A stretch of 64,000 bases of DNA from Candidatus Latescibacterota bacterium (GTDB taxonomy: Bacteria > Latescibacterota > UBA2968 > UBA8231), in assembly GCA_965243025.1 (NCBI GenBank), contig CBDETY010000003.1:2048001-2112000 (forward strand). The letters are read 5' to 3'. Made by a program: the position numbers and the translations under genes. Below the pieces are notes generated by a model, which saw only the letters and a list, made by a program, of their open reading frames with translations, ran no database searches and was not told the DNA's origin. Shown piece after piece: positions 59,138 to 64,000 of this stretch. The stretch's first letter is position 1; the number at the start of each line of letters is the position of its first letter.

Positions 59138-59289
59138 GCCCGGGTCGGCCGGGCTTCCCACGACCGCGGTTGATCGCGGTTATTCGGAAGCAGGCCCTGT
59201 CCGGCCCCGGGCGTCTTCCCTTCGGAAGCCGGTTTCCCCGGGACCGCACCCAAAGGCCGGGCGATGGGCTCGATCCGCCGCCCGGCCGC

Positions 59290-60159
59290 TCATCCCTTCC
59301 AGGTTCGCAGCGCGTCGCGCCACACCTTTTCGATCTCGCCGCGGGCGACGCAGGCGTCCTTCCATACGTCGGGAAAGCACTCGAGGGCATACCCCGAGCC
59401 CTGCGGCCCCAGCTCGACTACCCCGTACAGCTCCGCCCCGCTCTTGGCCCCCTTCAGCCAGGATTCCAGCAAGTGCCTCAGGAAGTGGTCGCGCCACAGG
59501 GCGAAATCCCGGTCGATGCGGCCGCGGCCGTTGGTCACCGGAGTCTGACAGTGGCTGCCGGTGAACGGCCTGAAATGGATGAGCTCCCCCGCCCTCAGCA
59601 GGTCGGGCCGGGCGTTGGTCTTGGGCTCCCAGTAATCGGGGGCCCGCACCTGCTTGATGATTGCGGGATGGGAGTGGTCGAAGTTGATGCGCAGCTTCTC
59701 CTTGTAGCGGCGCTGGTAGGCGTCGGCGAGGGCGAAGGTCTTCTCCGGCGTCTCCGTGCAAGTGTCCCGGTGCACCTCGATGGCCGGCTGCAACCCCAGT
59801 TTCCTGCCCGCATTCATCACCGCCCTCGCGACCGGCACCGAAACCTTGAGCTCGGTGTCGTGATCGCACAGCTGCACGTTGACGTGGTAGGCCCCTACCT
59901 CGGTGAACTCCCTCAGCGTCGGCTCGGCCTGCTCCACCTCGGCGATGTCGACGCCGCCGACATAGACTATTCCGTGCTTTTCGCACGCCTTTGCCAGGTC
60001 GGCATCCGCGCCGTGACTGAAGCCGACGAACCCGGCTTCCTTGGCCCGTCTCACCTTTGTATCCATCGACCAGGGTCTTTTTGCCGACGGGTAGTTCTGC
60101 AGCGTCCAGTTTGAGGCGCACAAGTGCAGCCTGGGCTTCTCGGTTTTTGCTTTGGCCAT
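59290..60159 (-). CDS. Xylose isomerase-like TIM barrel protein (sugar phosphate isomerase/epimerase family)
   Basis: EAGFVG, IEVHRDT, NFDHSHP, HFR, VELGP. Confidence 0.75.
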   Translation of the reverse strand: MAKAKTEKPRLHLCASNWTLQNYPSAKRPWSMDTKVRRAKEAGFVGFSHGADADLAKACEKHGIVYVGGVDIAEVEQAEPTLREFTEVGAYHVNVQLCDHDTELKVSVPVARAVMNAGRKLGLQPAIEVHRDTCTETPEKTFALADAYQRRYKEKLRINFDHSHPAIIKQVRAPDYWEPKTNARPDLLRAGELIHFRPFTGSHCQTPVTNGRGRIDRDFALWRDHFLRHLLESWLKGAKSGAELYGVVELGPQGSGYALECFPDVWKDACVARGEIEKVWRDALRTWKG

Positions 60160-60194
60160 GCGATCTGCTCTCCCGTTCTCGTGGGTTGGAGGTT

Positions 60195-61025
60195 TCAGGG
60201 TGTAATCCGGAAGGCGCCGGAATATATGTTGAAGCCGCGTCCGCGCAGGAACCCCAGCAGGGTCATGCCGGCCTCGCGCGCCAGGTCGACCGCCAGGCTC
60301 GACGGCGCCGAGACCGCGGCGACCACCGCTATTCCCGCCATCCTCGCCTTCTGCACGATCTCGAAGCTGGTGCGGCCGCTGACCATCAGCAGGGACTGCC
60401 CCGGCGGCAGGCTGTCGCGCAGGAGAAAGGACCCGACCAGCTTGTCGACGGCGTTGTGGCGCCCGACGTCCTCGCGCAGCCCCAGCAGCTCTCCCTTGCG
60501 GTCGAAGAGCCCGGCCGCGTGCAGCGAGCCGGTCTGGTCGAACACCTTCTGCGCCTGCCGCAGCTTGCCGCTCAAGCCGTACAAGGTCTCGGCATCGATG
60601 CGGAAATCCGCATCAGGCAGCGGCGGGGCCTGGGCCTCGATGTGGTCGATGCTCGCCTTGCCGCAGACACCGCAGCTCGAGGAGGCGTAGAAGTTGCGCT
60701 TGAGGCGGTCGAAGTCGAAGCCGACCCCGTCGGCCAGCCTGACCTCGACGATGTTCTCGAGGTTCGGGGGCTCCGCATCCCTGCAGTATGAGATCGCCCC
60801 GAGCTGCCCGGGTTTGTCGATCAGGCCTTCGGTCAGCAGGAAACCGGCGACCAGGTCGAAGTCGTCGAGGGGGGTGCGCATGATCACGGCGACCGCCTCC
60901 CCGTGGAGGCGGATCTCCAGCGGCTCCTCCACCGTGACCAGGTCGGGCCGGGCGGCGTGCTCCCCGCCGCGGTAATCGACCACCTCCCGCTCCACCACTC
61001 GAACCGGCGCGCGTTCCAGGGTCAT
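60195..61025 (-). CDS. fdhD: Formate dehydrogenase accessory sulfurtransferase
   Basis: VEEPLEI, MRTP, SSCGVCG, TGSLHAA, REDVGRHNAVDK, SGRTSFEIVQK, SAPSSLAV. Confidence 0.96.
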   Translation of the reverse strand: MTLERAPVRVVEREVVDYRGGEHAARPDLVTVEEPLEIRLHGEAVAVIMRTPLDDFDLVAGFLLTEGLIDKPGQLGAISYCRDAEPPNLENIVEVRLADGVGFDFDRLKRNFYASSSCGVCGKASIDHIEAQAPPLPDADFRIDAETLYGLSGKLRQAQKVFDQTGSLHAAGLFDRKGELLGLREDVGRHNAVDKLVGSFLLRDSLPPGQSLLMVSGRTSFEIVQKARMAGIAVVAAVSAPSSLAVDLAREAGMTLLGFLRGRGFNIYSGAFRITP

Positions 61026-61026
61026 C

Positions 61027-62478
61027 CTACATCGGCCCGACGCGGAGGGGGCCCCTGTCCATCGCCAGCATGGAGGCGTCGAAGCTGCGCTTCATCAGCT
61101 CGAGCTTGAGCGGCTGCGCCTCCGGTTCCGACCACATGTTCTCGAACTCCTCCGGGTCTTCCTCGAGGTCGTACAGCTCCCCCTCGTCGTGGCCGTGATA
61201 GACGACGAGCTTGTAGCGCTCGTCCCGGTACATGGTGGCGAAAGTGCCGTCCGGCATATCGAGGGCGTCGTAGTACTCGCAGCGCACGAAGTCGCGGTGG
61301 CGCTCCTTCCCGCCGCGGAGCAGCGGCAGCAGGGAGCGGCCCTGCATGCGCTCCGGCACCTCCTGCCCGGCGAGCTGCAGCAGGGTCGGGGCGATGTCGA
61401 GTAGCTCGACCAGGGCGTCGCTGCGCAGGCCGTTGCGGAACCGCGGCGGACAGGAGAAGATCAGCGGCACCCGCACCAGCCCCTCGTAGAAGCGGCAGCC
61501 CTTCTGGATGAGGCCGTGGTCCCCGAGCATCTCCCCGTGGTCGCTGGTGAAGATGACGACGGTGTCCTCGAGCTGCCCGCTGTCCTCCAGAGCCTGCATC
61601 ATGTCGCCGACGCGGTCGTCGATCAGCTCGATCATCGCGTAGTACGCCGCCTGCAGGGTGCGGGCGTCGCGGTCGGCGAAATCCCCGTTGTCCGCCGCCG
61701 CCTCCTGCCCCGGAGTCCTCGGGGTCAGCGGATTCCGGATGTCGAGCTGTTCCGGGCGGCGCCCCGTTGACTGGAAATCGACTGCGGCGAGGCGCTGCTG
61801 CTGGACGAGATCGCTCTCGACGAACAGCGGCCCGGGCATGCGCTCGCGGGCGAAGCGGTCGCGGTACTGCTTCGGCGGGTTGAACGGCGGATGCGGGTCG
61901 TAGATGTTGACGCTCGCCAGCCACGGCCCCTCCCGCTCCTCGTTGATGAACTCGATCGTCTTCTGCGCGCACCAGGTGGTCTGGTGCAGCTCCGCCGGGA
62001 CCCCGTCCCGACCCCGGATCAGCTCGCCGAGGACCTCTCCCTTCGAACGCACCCAGTCGGCGTAGTCGTGCCCCTGCTTCCAGTCGTCGCGCGGGGCGTG
62101 GCTGTACTGCCAGTAGCGGTAGCCGTCGTCGGCGCGCGGCTCGATGCGGCCGCTGGCGCTCGCCAGGTGCAGCTTGCCGATCAGGCCGCAGTCGTACCCG
62201 GCGCCGGCGAGCGTCCGGGTGACCAGCTCGGGGGCCTCGGGGGGGAAGGACTCGTTGCCGTTTCCCGTCACATGCACGGCGCTCGGGTAGCAGCCGGTAA
62301 GGAAGCTCGCCCGGCTCGGGGTGCAGATCGGACTCTGGCAGTAGGCGCGGGTGAAGCTGACGCCGCTGCGCACGAGCCTGTCGATGTTCGGGGTCGAGAC
62401 CCACGGGTTGCCCAGCGCGCCGATGGTGTCGTGGCGCTGCTGGTCGGTGCAGATCCAGAGGATGTTGGGGCGTTTCAT
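61027..62478 (-). CDS. Formylglycine-dependent sulfatase (Cys-type)
   Basis: PNILWICTDQ, CTPSRASFLTG, GKLH, DPHPP, FTSDHG, LYDLEEDPEE; no signal peptide. Confidence 0.93.
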   Translation of the reverse strand: MKRPNILWICTDQQRHDTIGALGNPWVSTPNIDRLVRSGVSFTRAYCQSPICTPSRASFLTGCYPSAVHVTGNGNESFPPEAPELVTRTLAGAGYDCGLIGKLHLASASGRIEPRADDGYRYWQYSHAPRDDWKQGHDYADWVRSKGEVLGELIRGRDGVPAELHQTTWCAQKTIEFINEEREGPWLASVNIYDPHPPFNPPKQYRDRFARERMPGPLFVESDLVQQQRLAAVDFQSTGRRPEQLDIRNPLTPRTPGQEAAADNGDFADRDARTLQAAYYAMIELIDDRVGDMMQALEDSGQLEDTVVIFTSDHGEMLGDHGLIQKGCRFYEGLVRVPLIFSCPPRFRNGLRSDALVELLDIAPTLLQLAGQEVPERMQGRSLLPLLRGGKERHRDFVRCEYYDALDMPDGTFATMYRDERYKLVVYHGHDEGELYDLEEDPEEFENMWSEPEAQPLKLELMKRSFDASMLAMDRGPLRVGPM

Positions 62479-62582
62479 CCTGTCGCTCGGGGCCGTTCAG
62501 TAGCGGTCGAAGCCGGGCCAAAACCGCAGGAATATACGGCCGGCATCCCTGCCTGCAATCGCTTTTCCCGCGGGGCCGGAGG

Positions 62583-63902
62583 TCAGGTTTCGGGCCGGAA
62601 GCGTTCCCGCACCAGCTCGAGGGCGGCCTCGCGGGAGCGGACCGCGCCCTCGAGCTGGGCGTCCTCCACGGCGGCGAGGATCTCCTTGAACCGGGGGCCC
62701 GGGACGAACCCCATGGCGATCAGGTCGCGGCCGCTGATCAGGGGGGGCGGCTGGAGATCCTCCCTGCTTTCCTCTGCGAGCCGCTCGCTGCAGAACTCGT
62801 GCAGGTCGAGCATCCCGTGGCTGGCGAGGCAGTCGATGCGGTGCAGCTCGAGCAGCTCGGGGAAATACTCCTCCCGCAGGAAGCGCTTGAGCTTGCTCGG
62901 CCGCATCTCGCGGACGTTGCGGAAGCGCATGTGGTGGGCGGTGAGATGGCTGATCCGCTCGACGTCGGCGTTGGCCATGCGCAGCCGCCGGCATATTTCG
63001 CCGGCCATTTCCGCCCCTACGACCTCGTGCCTGTTGAAGCGGATGCGGTCGGCTTCCGTACAGGTGGGCGGCTTGCCTATGTCGTGCAGGAGCACCCCCC
63101 AGGCCAGGGTCCGGGTCGGATCCTCGAGTTGCTCCAGCATCAGGCACACGTGGGTCCAGACGTCCCCTTCAGGATGGAACTCCGGGGGCTGGGAGACCCC
63201 TTCCATTTTCGCCACCTCCGGCAGGATCGCCTGCATCAGGCCGAGGTCCATGAGCAGCTTCGCTCCGGCAGCCGCGCCTCCCTCGGTCAGGATCATGGTC
63301 AGCTCGTCGCGGATGCGTTCGGGGCTGACGGCGCCGATCTTTTCCGCTCCGGCGCGGATCGCCGCCAGGGTGTCCGATTCGATGGCGAATTCGAGACGGG
63401 CGGCGAAACGGACCGCCCTCAGCATGCGCAGGAAATCCTCGGAGAAACGCTGACGGGGGTCCCCGATGGCGCGGATCAGCCGCTTTTCGATGTCTCCGCG
63501 GCCCCCGACGTAGTCGATGACACGGCCGCTGGCAGCGTCGTAGAACATGCCGTTCATGGTGAAGTCCCGGCGCTGCGCGTCCGCCCCGGCGTCGGCGAAC
63601 TCCACCTCCCGCGGGCGGCGGCCGTCCCCGTATTCCCCGTCCCTGCGGAAACGGGCGACCTCGTACCTGCCGTCGTCGAGAAGGACGGTGATGATCCCGA
63701 ACCTGGCGCCGACGTCCACGGTCCGGTCGAAGAGATGCCTGACGGTGTCGGGACCGGCGTCGGTGGCGACGTCCCAGTCCTTGGGCTCGCGGCCGATCAG
63801 GAGGTCGCGGACGCAGCCGCCGCTGAGGAAGGCCCGGTACCCGTGGTCGTTCAGGGTGCGCAGGATGCGCAGCGCGCCCGGTTTTACGTCGTCGTTGTTC
63901 AC
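62583..63902 (-). CDS. cca: CCA tRNA nucleotidyltransferase with HD domain
   Basis: GGCVRD, DWDVAT, RRDFTMN, EDFLRMLRAVRF, ERIRDEL, LLHDIGKP. Confidence 0.88.
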   Translation of the reverse strand: MNNDDVKPGALRILRTLNDHGYRAFLSGGCVRDLLIGREPKDWDVATDAGPDTVRHLFDRTVDVGARFGIITVLLDDGRYEVARFRRDGEYGDGRRPREVEFADAGADAQRRDFTMNGMFYDAASGRVIDYVGGRGDIEKRLIRAIGDPRQRFSEDFLRMLRAVRFAARLEFAIESDTLAAIRAGAEKIGAVSPERIRDELTMILTEGGAAAGAKLLMDLGLMQAILPEVAKMEGVSQPPEFHPEGDVWTHVCLMLEQLEDPTRTLAWGVLLHDIGKPPTCTEADRIRFNRHEVVGAEMAGEICRRLRMANADVERISHLTAHHMRFRNVREMRPSKLKRFLREEYFPELLELHRIDCLASHGMLDLHEFCSERLAEESREDLQPPPLISGRDLIAMGFVPGPRFKEILAAVEDAQLEGAVRSREAALELVRERFRPET

Positions 63903-64000
63903 GATGAAAAAGGTACCGACTCCAGCGCCCGGGCGCGCAATTGCGTCTGGAGTCCGCCACCAGGCTCCATGTCGAGGGATTCGCGGTTCATTCCAAACCG

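Overview
GC-rich bacterial chromosomal window with about 54 CDSs; I found no rRNA, tRNA, CRISPR array, transposase or integrase. Gene style (TonB receptor + DUF4249 pair, FlgD-Ig and SWARIK-type C-terminal tails, three PhyH dioxygenases, three enolase-superfamily genes, a sulfatase, glycosidase-like proteins) suggests an FCB-group organism such as Latescibacterota or a Poribacteria-like lineage, possibly a sponge symbiont (inference). Main blocks: (1) a sigma-54/two-component-controlled MacAB-type exporter operon with a readable -24/-12 promoter and tandem enhancer sites; (2) a CotH-LTD-FlgD protein frameshifted at a G6 run, next to HupE/UreJ; (3) many orphan catabolic enzymes, including a six-gene PhyH-enolase-aldolase-RraA-PhyH-TAXI operon; (4) hom-apgM-asd; (5) a lower-GC islet with an OLD-like ABC-ATPase/TOPRIM protein and Phd/PIN toxin-antitoxin genes; (6) an NAD-linked formate dehydrogenase whose alpha subunit is a selenoprotein (in-frame TGA at 57482-57484 plus an fdhF-type SECIS), split in two by the ORF track, with fdhD nearby. 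Best novelty candidates: PhyH paralogues with halogenase-like HxG/HxN iron motifs, enolases with a His third ligand and a shared DDDGS C-terminal domain, a GH42-like protein lacking the acid/base Glu, and the OLD/TA islet. All calls are from motif reading only; no database searches were run.
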